The notes: generated by a model from the sequence alone, not told the origin. DNA of 64,000 nucleotides from an uncultured Gammaproteobacteria bacterium (GCA_963711205.1 CAVQDE010000002.1:349287-413286), one strand, 5' to 3'; positions 12,111-23,303 are shown, numbered from the stretch's first letter. Program-made: numbers and translations.

Positions 12111-12708
12111 TGCATAATGAAGCAATAGCACCAGATGATCATCACTCTGAAGCGGATTCAACAGATGTATTTGGATTTTGGTTATATATTATGACCGATT
12201 GCATTTTATTTTCCTGTTTATTTGCAACATTTCTCGTATTAAATTTTCCTGGCGCGCCGGGTCCGGATTTAAAAAATTATTTGGATTTAAATGATGTATT
12301 GATTGAAACATTTTTTTTATTAGCGTCTAATTTTACGTTTTGTTTAGCTATGTTGAGTTTATATCAAAGTAAATTCGCTAAGGTTCAAATGTGGCTGGCA
12401 ATTTCTTTTATACTAGGCGCAAGCTTCGTATTCATGGAACTCACTGAATTTACACATCTCGCTAATGAAGGTTTTCGATGGGATGTGAGTGGTAAGGCGT
12501 CTTCCTTTTTTACGCTGGTTGGGACACATGGATTTCACGTGAGTTGCGGATTGATTTGGATTTTAATGATGATTATTCAATTGCCATTAATAAAAGAAAA
12601 ACACCAATCGCAATGCGTCGCATGACTTACTTGGGATTATTCTGGAATTTTTTAGATATCGTCTGGATTTTTGTGTTTACGATCGTTTACCTAATGGGAG
12701 CAATGTGA
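12110..12708 (+). pseudogene. cyoC: Cytochrome bo3 oxidase subunit III, frameshift near 3' end
   Basis: FGFWLYIMTDCILF and FFTLVGTHGFHV; C-terminal FWNFLDIVWIFVFTIVYLMG is in another frame ending TGA at 12708. Confidence 0.85.
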
Positions 12709-12709
12709 G

Positions 12710-13051
12710 ATGCCTAGATCATGAGAGTCAAATCAACCTGATTATGGCACAGGTAAGAAGAAATTAGGCATTTATACGTTTGGTTTAATCAGCTGTATCA
12801 TTCTCACCTTGATTGCGTTTGGCGTGGTCATGGCAAATCAATTTTCTAAGACCGGTATATTTACATCATTTATTCCGCAGCCTGTATTCAATTTTTAGTT
12901 CAAGTGCTTTGCTTTCTACGCTTGAATACGCAAACTGAAGCAAGGAAAGATGAATGTCATGACAATCCTCTTTACCGGTGTTATTTTGGTGACCATTATC
13001 GCGGGTTCGTTATGGATCATGTGGAATGTGAATTATAATATGATGATGTAG
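12710..13051 (+). pseudogene. cyoD: Cytochrome bo3 oxidase subunit IV, frameshifted
   Basis: Y.FGLI..IILTLIAF, QFLVQVLCFLRL and GSLWIMWN.NYNMM motifs across shifting frames. Confidence 0.8.
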
Positions 13052-13285
13052 TCTGACAGAAAACACTCCCGTCCTGCTGATTTTTCACGATTTTCTCCTT
13101 TTTCATTCGATCCATTTAAGTTAAGTAGATGGAAAAATAAAAATAATATAAAAAATGAGCCCTAATTTTTAAGTCATTGATTAAATTTAAGAATCGACAG
13201 AATGCGGGAGAATAAAAATCATCTATAATAATAGATATATCATATAAAATAAATATAAAAAAACGAGAAAGTACGAGGAGTAGTC

Positions 13286-16200
13286 ATGGGTATTTTACCA
13301 GATATAGATACAGGTGAATTAAAAGCATTTGGGATTGGAGCGGGGGTAGGTGCAGCAGTGGGCGCTGTCATCACTGGGGTAGTAGCACATAAAATCGCAG
13401 CTTGGCGAATTAGAGTAAAAGAAGAAGAAACACTGAAAAAAACTTTTTCCATAAAAAAAGAAAAATTAAATCTAGTATACAAAGACAAAGAAAAAAGTAT
13501 CGTTGATCGATTTAATTCAGAGTTGAAAATATTATTACCGTCGCTAAGTGCGTTTTCTCCATCGATTCGCGAGATGTTTGAAAAAGATATGGCAGATAGA
13601 TGCTTGCCCCATGTAAATCCAGGAGACGAAGATAAATATGATGTTTATCCCATGGTCTTGAGTTCGGCGATAGGTCCCGATCAAAAATCAGCACCACTAC
13701 AGGCATTGAATGAAATTCTCGAACTCTATAGGATAACTAAGGATTATGAATTTGATCAATATACTGCAATTGTGGTGAGTATTTCTAATATCACTTTTAC
13801 CTTATTGAGATATCTTAGTGAACTAAGAAAAATTCCAGGAGAGGAAAATAAGAAAAAATTAGAAACGTTGGAAGAGAATGTAAATAGGTTTTTTGACAAC
13901 CTGAAGAAGAGTGGCCTTATAGAAGGCCGGGACTCCAAATTCCTGGCGTGGGCACGAAAAAATGCCAAATCTGCTTTCGATTGGGATATTCTTGGTACGG
14001 CACGAGGCGGTTTTGTTGATGTTATTCAAGTGGAGATGTCAAAAGTATTTAATGAAGCCTATGCCGATCAAGAAAAAATTACTGCCACACTGATGAGCGA
14101 AGGTGCTACAAATGCACTTGAGAATGAAATAAACGCAGCTAGTGAATTTATATTACGCTGTACCGTGTCACAAGCAGCGCGCTTGCCAGAAGGTTACATC
14201 ACACGATCAAAGTTGGTTGGTAATATTGCTCAATTTCAATTGAAAGGACCACATGTAGCATACGATCTAGAGCAAGGGTATGTTCATATCGTTGAGACGC
14301 ATGCCAGAAATGGTGCTTTATTACACGCGCCCGTACATGAAGACACGAGAGAAGAACATGAAGTCGATCCTAGTGCTCATTTTAGTCGTTTAATGAATTT
14401 AGGCGGAAATCAACGGCTTGATCTTAGATCACGCATGAAAACTGATTCTCCTTTGTATGGAGATGATGATAACGAATATCAAGTTGATGTATTAATGACA
14501 TCAAAACCTGTTCATTTGTATCTAAAGTATTTAAATATAGCTGCAGCAATGCAAGCAGATTTAACTAGGAGATTGGATAGATTTGGATGGGAAGGTTTGA
14601 AGAAGTCAGGTGAATATGATTTTAGAATTGATTTAATAAAAGCATTTCATGAGCGCGCAAATGAGATATTAAAAAATGACATCTTAAAAGATCCTTATTT
14701 TCAAAAGGTATTAGATACAACATTAAAATTGGATGTAGACCAAGCAAGAGACATGTTCGGTAAGACCATCTCAGAAGAGGATACTAAAGAACTAGATGTG
14801 GGAAATAATATATTTGGTGAGATACCACGAAATGATTTGCCGCATTTTAAAGCCTTGTCGTCCGTAGAAGGCCAACAAAAAATATTTGACGAAAATGTCA
14901 AAGGCTTAGATACAGTTACTGGTAAAGTTGAAAAAAAGAAGGAATTCCAGGTTGGGACATCAGATCCTTCATTGCTAATGAATATTTCTCTATTATGTCA
15001 AGAGGATAGATTTTTACAAAATAAATTAGATCAACAAAATAAATTAGATCAATATGCAATTCCAACTTACTCACCTCTCATCGATTCTCTGCGCAGTAAA
15101 ATAGTAGATTTTAAAGCAAACATAGATTTGCCTCTGGTAGGTTATGATGAACTGAGAGAAGGTAATAAAACGGTTAGAACAGGAGATTTGTTTGTTATAA
15201 ACAACGGTTATCAAGTCAGTTTTGCGAATTTTGTCAAAGAAATTAGAAGTGATAATCGATTTGCAAAATATTTTACTTATGATGCCCAGAATAGCATGTT
15301 GCGCTTTAATGGGGACCCTCATTTTCCTGATAGATTTTATTTTTCTAATGTAAGAGAAATGAATGATTTTTATCAATCAATCACATCCTTTATTAAAGTC
15401 ATTCAAAGCGTTCAAGATAAAAGCGGAAAGAAAAGCAATGCATTTGACGCATTTGACCAAACTGAGTTTTTAAATACATTATTACAAATACAAGGTGACG
15501 TTAAAGCGCTTGTTGAGAAATCTTCGTTGAAGAATCTTCAATTATTAGAGTCAGAACATCAAAACCAACAGGTATTATATTTGCAAGGTCTGGTCATTCA
15601 AATGAGCGAAGATTTTGCGAAAATCATTGATGCGCAATTTCAAGATATTCAGCAGCTTGTTACTGATAATTCAAAATATTTAACGGATGAATTATCAAGT
15701 CAATATCAAGGAAAGATTGATAAAAAGCGTGAGGAGATGAAGGCGCTTCAAGAAAATTATCTCAAACAAGTAAAGGATGCATTAGCTGATAAAGGGAAGA
15801 GCCATGATCAGCAAGTCGCTTTCTTAAGTAGCTTATCAAGCAATATTAAAGAGGGATTTGATCAGCAATCTAAGTTAGCTTCGGGAATGTTTTCTAATAT
15901 TTCAAGTAAACTCGGTGCAATCATTGATGAAAATGTGAAAAAGATTAAGGACTTGCAGTCTAAGTTCGATACAGTTGGTGAAGAAAAGAATGAAGCAGTT
16001 AAGTTGCAAAAGGAAACTTGGGAATCATTAGATAAATTGAGTAAAGTAAATAAAAAGTTATTGGATACGAACCAACAATTAGAAATAGCAGTCTCTAAAG
16101 AAAAGGTTTTTCAAAATGAATTAATGACGATTGTTAAGGAATTAATTGGATCTGATGAAATAACAGATCTCTCAAAAAATCTTACACAAATTGAGAGTAA

Positions 16201-17599
16201 TCTTTCATCAGATAGCAAAAATTACGTTCATATACAACATAACATTGACGCGCTTAAACGGACAGCAGATTATTTGACACGGATGCTAGGTAGAGCTGAG
16301 AAGCTTCTTGAAAGTCATAAAGATTCAGATCATGATTTTACTGTCATAGCTGAAGCTATAGCTACACAAAAATCATTACTTAGCGAAAGTAATACGCTAA
16401 TTTCTAGCTTGACTAAACAAGTTGCGGTATTACAAGAAAACTATAATAAGAGTTTAGAAGATCAAGTGGGCCTGCTTAAAAGTGAGATTGGACGTATCGA
16501 AGAAATGAATAGAGAGTTAACCAAAACCAGAGCAGAGTTAACGCATGCACAAAATAAATTGAATGAAGCTAATCAAAAACAAGTTGAAGCTTTACAGCAG
16601 CAAATTGAAACACAAAAAGAGAATTTAAAAAAAGAACTGAACAAAGCCTACCAGGATAATTACAATCAACAATATGAATCCTTACAAACTCGATTGGCTG
16701 ATTTCACTAAGAAACAAAGTGACTACCTGCGTGTAAGAAATGAGTTCTTAGGATCACCAAACGCTCCTAGTCTCAGTGCCTATGTTGAACCCGAAGTCAA
16801 ATTGCCTCATAAAAGAGATGATGTTGGGAAAGATAATTTTCAGGATTCTATTAAACCATTAGAAAGGCTGAATGATGAGATGGGTAGAACGATGGAAGCC
16901 TTGGAAAAAGCTAATGAAGAATTGATTAAAGCAAAAGTATCCTATGAAGCAAAACAAAACTTAGATCTTAAATTAGAAGAGGTTAAGATCCTCCATGAAG
17001 CAGATGTTAAAGATATGGCCGATAAGCATGAAGGAGCATTAAAAGTTCAGGAGCAGCAGATTGTACAGAGAGAAATCAAGAAGAAAGATGATCAAAAAAT
17101 TGCGTTCAACAAACAATTTGGTGATTTTCTAATATTCATTGATTTATTTAATAGTTCGTACCTAAGCAAAACGGCTGCAAAGAAAGGTGGTTCTAAACAC
17201 ATTGCACTGAGTCAACTCATAGGCGCAATTAGAGAATGCAAAAAAACAGCTGATATTAAAGAAATGCGTGATCTCTTGATTCAATTCTGTGCCTTATGTA
17301 TGCAAAAACAAGGAAATTTTTCGATGTTTTTGCAAGGTCAAACTGGCAAGGCGTTTTTTGATATGATCGCTGGAGATGAAAAAAATATAAAGGCGATAAA
17401 TAAAGCATTAGGTATTGATGGCCAAAATATAGTCACTAAACATGCCGTAGAAAAAAGATATCGTTACCGGGATTTTGCAGCAACAATTGGCAGCATGTTA
17501 TCTGAAGGTGATCTTCGTTTGCAAAAGGAAATACTTTTTTCTAAAGAGGACATCACTGTAGAAAAATATAGGGAAAAAGTTCAGCGGCGTCCGCGCTAG
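13286..17599 (+). CDS. Large coiled-coil protein with N-terminal hydrophobic Gly/Ala-rich segment, candidate effector
   Basis: 1437-aa ORF with GAGGAG RBS; GIGAGVGAAVGAVITGVV segment; heptad-rich K/E/Q/L region about aa 740-1270. Confidence 0.75.
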   Translation: MGILPDIDTGELKAFGIGAGVGAAVGAVITGVVAHKIAAWRIRVKEEETLKKTFSIKKEKLNLVYKDKEKSIVDRFNSELKILLPSLSAFSPSIREMFEKDMADRCLPHVNPGDEDKYDVYPMVLSSAIGPDQKSAPLQALNEILELYRITKDYEFDQYTAIVVSISNITFTLLRYLSELRKIPGEENKKKLETLEENVNRFFDNLKKSGLIEGRDSKFLAWARKNAKSAFDWDILGTARGGFVDVIQVEMSKVFNEAYADQEKITATLMSEGATNALENEINAASEFILRCTVSQAARLPEGYITRSKLVGNIAQFQLKGPHVAYDLEQGYVHIVETHARNGALLHAPVHEDTREEHEVDPSAHFSRLMNLGGNQRLDLRSRMKTDSPLYGDDDNEYQVDVLMTSKPVHLYLKYLNIAAAMQADLTRRLDRFGWEGLKKSGEYDFRIDLIKAFHERANEILKNDILKDPYFQKVLDTTLKLDVDQARDMFGKTISEEDTKELDVGNNIFGEIPRNDLPHFKALSSVEGQQKIFDENVKGLDTVTGKVEKKKEFQVGTSDPSLLMNISLLCQEDRFLQNKLDQQNKLDQYAIPTYSPLIDSLRSKIVDFKANIDLPLVGYDELREGNKTVRTGDLFVINNGYQVSFANFVKEIRSDNRFAKYFTYDAQNSMLRFNGDPHFPDRFYFSNVREMNDFYQSITSFIKVIQSVQDKSGKKSNAFDAFDQTEFLNTLLQIQGDVKALVEKSSLKNLQLLESEHQNQQVLYLQGLVIQMSEDFAKIIDAQFQDIQQLVTDNSKYLTDELSSQYQGKIDKKREEMKALQENYLKQVKDALADKGKSHDQQVAFLSSLSSNIKEGFDQQSKLASGMFSNISSKLGAIIDENVKKIKDLQSKFDTVGEEKNEAVKLQKETWESLDKLSKVNKKLLDTNQQLEIAVSKEKVFQNELMTIVKELIGSDEITDLSKNLTQIESNLSSDSKNYVHIQHNIDALKRTADYLTRMLGRAEKLLESHKDSDHDFTVIAEAIATQKSLLSESNTLISSLTKQVAVLQENYNKSLEDQVGLLKSEIGRIEEMNRELTKTRAELTHAQNKLNEANQKQVEALQQQIETQKENLKKELNKAYQDNYNQQYESLQTRLADFTKKQSDYLRVRNEFLGSPNAPSLSAYVEPEVKLPHKRDDVGKDNFQDSIKPLERLNDEMGRTMEALEKANEELIKAKVSYEAKQNLDLKLEEVKILHEADVKDMADKHEGALKVQEQQIVQREIKKKDDQKIAFNKQFGDFLIFIDLFNSSYLSKTAAKKGGSKHIALSQLIGAIRECKKTADIKEMRDLLIQFCALCMQKQGNFSMFLQGQTGKAFFDMIAGDEKNIKAINKALGIDGQNIVTKHAVEKRYRYRDFAATIGSMLSEGDLRLQKEILFSKEDITVEKYREKVQRRPR
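15017..15052 (+). repeat. In-frame 18-bp tandem duplication (QNKLDQ x2)
   Basis: CAAAATAAATTAGATCAA occurs twice in tandem. Confidence 0.9.
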
Positions 17600-17630
17600 A
17601 AGAGAGGAGCCACTTACTCTTTCTTGGCTA

Positions 17631-20081
17631 TTACCCCAGCACCTTAGTCAAATCAACTCTCCACGTCAGCCACGCCATAAAATATAACGCTATCGCTAAC
17701 AAATACAAAAATGCAAACCCAAAATACATGGCATTATATTCCAGTAATACACCAATCAAGGCGCCTAACAGATTATAAGCCATTAAATGGGTGATATCAG
17801 CGCCTGCTTTTTGCAGAAATCTTGAAAAGACTAATCCAGAAAAAAAGAGTGGGCAGGTTAGTAAAATCACAATCAAAAAATACCAAGAAGGTGATAGGCC
17901 AGAGAATTTCCCATGCGTGGCGGTGTAATAGCCCAATGACAAGCTGAGCAGGAGTAAGGCGAAGATAATATTAATTCGTTTGAATTGATATCGGCTAGTC
18001 AGTAAATTGGCAAAATAAGCCATGATTAATATACTCACAATGACAATCGCAAGCACAATCCAGGTATTGCCAAACCAAAGACCAAACTCAGTGATCGCCT
18101 TGGTTTCTACTAGCATAAATCCCGCGCCCATAAAAAAGGCTGGCAGATAAGCAGCGTTAAATTTAGCAAAATTAACATCTGTCATGTGTTTGACAAAAAA
18201 ATAGGAGAGCACCAACATGAGTCCCAACGCAATGAGCGATGTCGTCGGATAAACACGTTTGGGCATATAAAAAAACGGCCAATCATCCGTAGGGATGTCG
18301 ACATTTTCTTTCAGCTGAGCAAAATGCGACGTAAGATTTTCAAACTCAGTTTGGTTGAGAAAAGCTGAGTTCAAGGGAATATCGCCGCCTTTTTTCACGA
18401 TGAAGGTAGTGGTGCTATCTTTGTCGTAGCCGGTTCGAAGAGCAATAGGTTTACCGGCATTAGGCAGATTTTCCATCATGCGGTAAATTTTATAACCTAA
18501 TATGTCGTGAGGTAAGCAGAAAGAAAGGGCCATCATGCCGCCTTCGCGCAATAAGGCAAATGCGTCGCGTAATCCTTCTTGGGTATACACAAACGAATCA
18601 ATCCGCACGTTAGAAGCATGACTTAACAAGGTATGTGAATCGAGCACACCATAAACGATGAGATCATAACCTGAATTGGCTTTATGAAAAAAAGTGCGTG
18701 CATCATCAATGAACGTACGCACACGTTGATTCGCGTAGGGATGTTCTGGATGATAGTATTCGCCAAGATATTGAATCACAGGATCAATCTCAATCGCATC
18801 AATTTGTTTAACACCCATGCGTATAGCAGCAGCGACATCATTACCACTACCCGCTCCCACAATAGCAACTCGGTCAAGAGTAGGAAAAAACGTATAGGGC
18901 AGTTCATAATATTGCGCGATTTTTAACAGCTCAGGATCTAAGTCTTTGCTTTTTTGACTCGCAGAAAAATCATAAACTTTTTGATAATATTTGCCTGCAG
19001 CTAATATTTGCATTAATCCTTCTTTCGTCGCCGTACGCTCTATGAGTTGATAAGGAGAATAAATTTGATGAACATAGGGCTCAGCGGGCCATGAAATAGC
19101 GGTGACGATCACTAATGTTGAAATAGCGCCAACGAATAAACCTTCTTTTGATTCTCTTAAAAAATAAAATAAACCCAGCATCACCACGACCATCCACAAG
19201 GCCGGTGACATCCACATATAACTCATAAAGACCAATATGAGCGTGCCTAAGATACTGCCGAGTAAATTGAGACCATAGGCTTTAGTGTTAGGCAAGCCTG
19301 CCATTAAACGTCCACACACTTGGCCAATAGGAAAAAAAATCAGTGCAGTGAAAAAAAATGAACTGATGAGTAAGCCATGAAGAAACATTAAGGATAAAAA
19401 ATACGTACTGAAATTTAATGCATCACCAAAGTTAAAAAAAACACTGGTTTCTTCACGTATGGGCAGCATAAAGAAAATGTTGGTCAATGGACCTGAGCCA
19501 TAGCGGAGCATCATAAATAAACTAAACATAATGGCAGTTAACGGAGCGACTAATAACAAGGGTATCTGTGGAAGGCGGGCCATCGCATATCCCGCGCCTA
19601 ATCCGGCAAAGCAAGCCAGTAAGGTGAAGTTTTTATACATGGCAAAAACTGGAAATAGAGTTCCTTGCCAGCGAATCATTACTAATTCAAAAAATAAACT
19701 GAGTGCTGCTGCAATGATAATAGCCCGATAGCGGACTTGGTTATTACATTCATCTAATAATTTCGCTTGCTTGTTTGATTCGTTGAGAAAAAAAGCATGC
19801 AGTTGATGAGAAAGAGAAGAATAATATTTTTTATATCCTACCCATGCAATTACAGCGAGTGAAAGAAAAAGAAGCCAATAGAGGGGGTAACCGTTTCCGT
19901 CCGGGATTAAAAGCGCTGTCAGGTTAACAACGAGCATTAACAACAACACAAAAAACGCGGTGATTTGCGTGGTTACTGTTGCAAATTTAAGATAGGAATC
20001 GAACATTTGCCCTCCTTGGCACTCAAAATTAACGATAGCGGAAAGAATAATAAAGATGCAAGCACTCAAAACCATTTTCAA
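17631..20081 (-). CDS. Polytopic membrane protein with a central spermidine-synthase-like SAM-binding domain
   Basis: Many TMs flank IVGAGSGNDV, IEIDP and DDAR.F motifs; TDDWPFFY motif. Confidence 0.75.
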   Translation of the reverse strand: MKMVLSACIFIILSAIVNFECQGGQMFDSYLKFATVTTQITAFFVLLLMLVVNLTALLIPDGNGYPLYWLLFLSLAVIAWVGYKKYYSSLSHQLHAFFLNESNKQAKLLDECNNQVRYRAIIIAAALSLFFELVMIRWQGTLFPVFAMYKNFTLLACFAGLGAGYAMARLPQIPLLLVAPLTAIMFSLFMMLRYGSGPLTNIFFMLPIREETSVFFNFGDALNFSTYFLSLMFLHGLLISSFFFTALIFFPIGQVCGRLMAGLPNTKAYGLNLLGSILGTLILVFMSYMWMSPALWMVVVMLGLFYFLRESKEGLFVGAISTLVIVTAISWPAEPYVHQIYSPYQLIERTATKEGLMQILAAGKYYQKVYDFSASQKSKDLDPELLKIAQYYELPYTFFPTLDRVAIVGAGSGNDVAAAIRMGVKQIDAIEIDPVIQYLGEYYHPEHPYANQRVRTFIDDARTFFHKANSGYDLIVYGVLDSHTLLSHASNVRIDSFVYTQEGLRDAFALLREGGMMALSFCLPHDILGYKIYRMMENLPNAGKPIALRTGYDKDSTTTFIVKKGGDIPLNSAFLNQTEFENLTSHFAQLKENVDIPTDDWPFFYMPKRVYPTTSLIALGLMLVLSYFFVKHMTDVNFAKFNAAYLPAFFMGAGFMLVETKAITEFGLWFGNTWIVLAIVIVSILIMAYFANLLTSRYQFKRINIIFALLLLSLSLGYYTATHGKFSGLSPSWYFLIVILLTCPLFFSGLVFSRFLQKAGADITHLMAYNLLGALIGVLLEYNAMYFGFAFLYLLAIALYFMAWLTWRVDLTKVLG

Positions 20082-20311
20082 AAGCCAACCTCTGTATATA
20101 CATTTAGTGTGAGGTTATTACAATTGTCTAATAACAATGAAAATTTATCTTCTGGTTACTCTATCGAAAATAGAAGCAATTATTTGAACAATGTCATGAT
20201 GAGGTATCACACATCGGGTCACCACCATCTGCTCCATAGAAAATGAGGCTAAGGATGAAAATAGACATTTTGTGGTACGACGAGTGTCAAACTAAATTTT
20301 AATGAGGAAGC

Positions 20312-20344
20312 CCCGCTGCCAGCACGGGCCGGCAGCGGGTTTTT
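20312..20344. terminator. GC-rich hairpin just downstream of the sulfatase stop
   Basis: CCCGCTGCC-N10-GGCAGCGGG followed by TTTTT on the + strand. Confidence 0.6.
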
Positions 20345-20360
20345 GGTTCATGATAGCCGC

Positions 20361-22820
20361 TTAGTCTTGGGCTACTCCTATTGCTCTCTCAGCCTTCTTA
20401 TGTTCCTCTTCCGACAACTGCATCGGCCCGAGCTTGAAGGTCAACTTGTTGATGGTACCGTTGAACGCGAACGGCACCTGGTAGTCCTGCTCGTTCACCG
20501 ACGTGCGCGTATCGATGCCAACGTCGAAGGTCTCGTCAACCGGCAATAGGAATGGGATCGTGCGCGGTATCTTTTTTGTATCGACGACTTGCCCATCCAC
20601 TTTCAATACACCGGTGCCACCTTTCGCGACGCCGGGGCCCTCATAAGCAAAGTCGAACACGATCGTATGTTTGCCCGCAGAGAGTGGCTGCCCAACCCAG
20701 CGGAACTGCTCGAGACCAAGGCCGTTGTAGTTATAAACTGGCTTGCCCTTGAGCACATACAATCCGAACCCGCCGAAACGACCTCCCGCAGTGACGATCA
20801 TACCGTTGCCGCCCCCCGGTGGGACAGTGACATCTGCTGAAATCGTGTACGACTTGTTCAGGATGCTCGGTGCGTTTCCCTGGTCAATGCCTGATACGAC
20901 GCCCGAGTAAGTAAACTCGGTTCTGCCAGCTGTTAGGCTCGGTCGTGGGGTTATCGCACGTTGGAACTGTTGATTGTCGAGTGGAAGCACTTGGTATTTG
21001 GCTGCCTCCTGCACGAACAGCGCCTGCATTTCCTTCAACTTGTCAGGCATTTTCGCCGATAAATCGTTGAACTGGGAGTAATCCTCGTTCAGGTTGTATA
21101 GCTCCCACTTGTACTGGTCAATAGGTGGCATAGGCGCATTCAGCACCCACGGTGGAACCGGTGGATGCGTATTGGCATACCAGCCGTCTTTATAGATGCC
21201 ACGGTTGGCAATCATCTCGAAATACTGGATATGGTGAGTCGAGGGTGCGTTCGCGTTGTTAAAGGTGTAGACCATGCTCACACCTTCGATAGGCTTTTGC
21301 TTAATGCCATCGACATACTCGGGCGCTTGAATACCCGTTGCTTCAAGTATCGTGGGCGCTATATCAATAATATGGTGGAACTGGTTGCGAATCCCGCCTG
21401 GGTCTTTAATGTGACCTGGCCATGAAATCGCAAGACCTTGTCGCGTGCCACCAAAGTGTGATGCCACCTGCTTAGTCCACTTAAATGGTGTATCGAAGGC
21501 CCACGACCAGCCGACTGCCATGTGAGGATGAGTCTGAGGACCACCCCAGCTGTCGTAGTACTTGAGTTGATCGGCAATTGGGATATCCAGAATGCCGTTG
21601 TATGCGGTCCAGTCGTTGGGAGTGCCGACGGTCGTCCCTTCCGGGCTGGTGCCGTTGTCACCGACAATGTAGATGATGAGTGTGTTGTCGAGCTTGCCCT
21701 CATTCTGGATTTCTTGAATAACTCGACCAATCTCGTGGTCGGTATACGCTACGTAAGCTGCGAATACTTCCGCCTGTCGGGCGAAGAGTTTCTTTTCGTC
21801 AGGTGTGAGCGCGTTCCAGTTTTTCAGGATATCGTCGGGCCAAGGAGTCAGCTTCGCATTCGCGGGAACCACGCCCAACCGTTTCTGGTTGGCGAAGATT
21901 TGCTTGCGGAGTTCGTTCCACCCCATGTCAAACTTGCCCTTAAACTTATCAATCCATTCTTTCGTCGCCTGGTGTGGTGCGTGGGTTCCCCCCGGAACAT
22001 AGTAGAGGAAGAATGGCTGGCCGGGCGCCGCGGCATTGAGTTGCTTCATGTACTTGATCGCTTCGTCCGCCATGTCGGTGGTGAGGTTGTAGCCAGGTTT
22101 ACCAATCCATGGGAGGACCTGGGTGTGATCACGCCACAGGTACGGTGTCCACTGATCAGTTTCGCCGCCCAAGAATCCGTAGAAGTACTGGAAGCCCATC
22201 CCAGACGGCCATTGGTCGAAGGGGCCCGACACACCGACCTGGAAGGCCGGCGTATTATGATCTTTGCCGAACCAGGAGGTAGCGTAGCCGTTCTGTTGAA
22301 GGATTTTGCCGACGGTCGTGCTGTCCTGACCAATGATCGAGTCATAGCCCGGAAAACCTGTTGACACCTCTGTGATCACACCAAAGCCTACTGAGTGATG
22401 ATTACGACCGGTGATTAGCGCTGCACGCGTGGGCGAGCAAAGTGCGGTGGAGTTGAATTCAGTGTAACGCAACCCGGCCTTCGCAATGCGGTCCAACGCT
22501 GGTGTCGGTATCACACCTCCAAAGGAACTAGATACGCCGTAGCCCTGGTCGTCGGTCATGATGAGCAAGATGTTGGGCGCGCCCTTAGGAGGCACCACAC
22601 GCGGTGGCCACCAAGGTGTTGAGTCCTTGTAGCTCTCTTTAATTACGCCTCCGAATTTTGGGGGCGGAGGAGGAAGTTGTTTTCCATTAATAGTAGTCGT
22701 GGCGTCGGGCGAACCTAACGTGCCCGTGACCACTTGCGCGATAGCATTGCCACCCGTGAAAAAGCACGAGATGGCTAGTGTTCCCATGACTAGTCTTCGA
22801 ACGCCCACTGCAAAATCCAT
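20361..22820 (-). CDS. Arylsulfatase (Cys-type, formylglycine-dependent) with C-terminal beta-domain
   Basis: PNILLIMTDD, CSPTRAALITGR, GK.H and DNG motifs; signal peptide; visibly GC-richer than flanking genes. Confidence 0.93.
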   Translation of the reverse strand: MDFAVGVRRLVMGTLAISCFFTGGNAIAQVVTGTLGSPDATTTINGKQLPPPPPKFGGVIKESYKDSTPWWPPRVVPPKGAPNILLIMTDDQGYGVSSSFGGVIPTPALDRIAKAGLRYTEFNSTALCSPTRAALITGRNHHSVGFGVITEVSTGFPGYDSIIGQDSTTVGKILQQNGYATSWFGKDHNTPAFQVGVSGPFDQWPSGMGFQYFYGFLGGETDQWTPYLWRDHTQVLPWIGKPGYNLTTDMADEAIKYMKQLNAAAPGQPFFLYYVPGGTHAPHQATKEWIDKFKGKFDMGWNELRKQIFANQKRLGVVPANAKLTPWPDDILKNWNALTPDEKKLFARQAEVFAAYVAYTDHEIGRVIQEIQNEGKLDNTLIIYIVGDNGTSPEGTTVGTPNDWTAYNGILDIPIADQLKYYDSWGGPQTHPHMAVGWSWAFDTPFKWTKQVASHFGGTRQGLAISWPGHIKDPGGIRNQFHHIIDIAPTILEATGIQAPEYVDGIKQKPIEGVSMVYTFNNANAPSTHHIQYFEMIANRGIYKDGWYANTHPPVPPWVLNAPMPPIDQYKWELYNLNEDYSQFNDLSAKMPDKLKEMQALFVQEAAKYQVLPLDNQQFQRAITPRPSLTAGRTEFTYSGVVSGIDQGNAPSILNKSYTISADVTVPPGGGNGMIVTAGGRFGGFGLYVLKGKPVYNYNGLGLEQFRWVGQPLSAGKHTIVFDFAYEGPGVAKGGTGVLKVDGQVVDTKKIPRTIPFLLPVDETFDVGIDTRTSVNEQDYQVPFAFNGTINKLTFKLGPMQLSEEEHKKAERAIGVAQD

Positions 22821-23203
22821 TTTGCGTCTCCTTACAAGTAATTCTGGGTTAGATCCTCAGGAAGAATTTTGATGGTGGACCACAACTACTGAGCGAGCGA
22901 AGAAATAGCTATCCCAATGGATTAAAAATTCTGTCCTGATAAATTTTAGCCCAATACCATCATTGAATCTATCTCATACACCTAATATTGGGGCTGAAAA
23001 CTATTTTAACGCATTATGAAAATTACACTTGAACAGTACGGAAGGCCTGCTAGATCAACTTACACAAGCGGTAATTAGCCATCTGCAGTTATATGGACTT
23101 TAGTTTTCGTAACGAAGTAAGATTAAGACCGCACTTTTTAAATATCAGTGAACTCCGGAAACCACGAGAGTGTTTAATGAACGATGTCAGGTGTATCGGT
23201 ACC

Positions 23204-23271
23204 TCGTCCCGCGGCTTGTCCGCGGGATCCACGAAGCGACTTCTGGCTCCCGCGGACAAGCCGCAGGACGA
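23204..23271. repeat. CGTC-type double-hairpin palindrome resembling Rickettsia RPE-type repeats
   Basis: TCGTCCCGCGGCTTGTCCGCGGGA...TCCCGCGGACAAGCCGCAGGACGA. Confidence 0.8.
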
Positions 23272-23303
23272 TGCATTAAAAGATTTAAAAAAGGATTTAA
23301 AAA

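Noticed and set aside
13100-13285. PmrA-type box upstream of the 1437-aa gene; also checked upstream of the Fic and DOT1-like genes
   Set aside because: TTAA words are present but the spacing to each other or to a -10 element does not fit; AT-rich DNA gives such words by chance.
20343-22364. Long alternative-frame ORFs over the sulfatase, e.g. 21522..22364 (280 aa)
   Set aside because: Shadow ORFs expected from GC-rich codon usage of the sulfatase gene.
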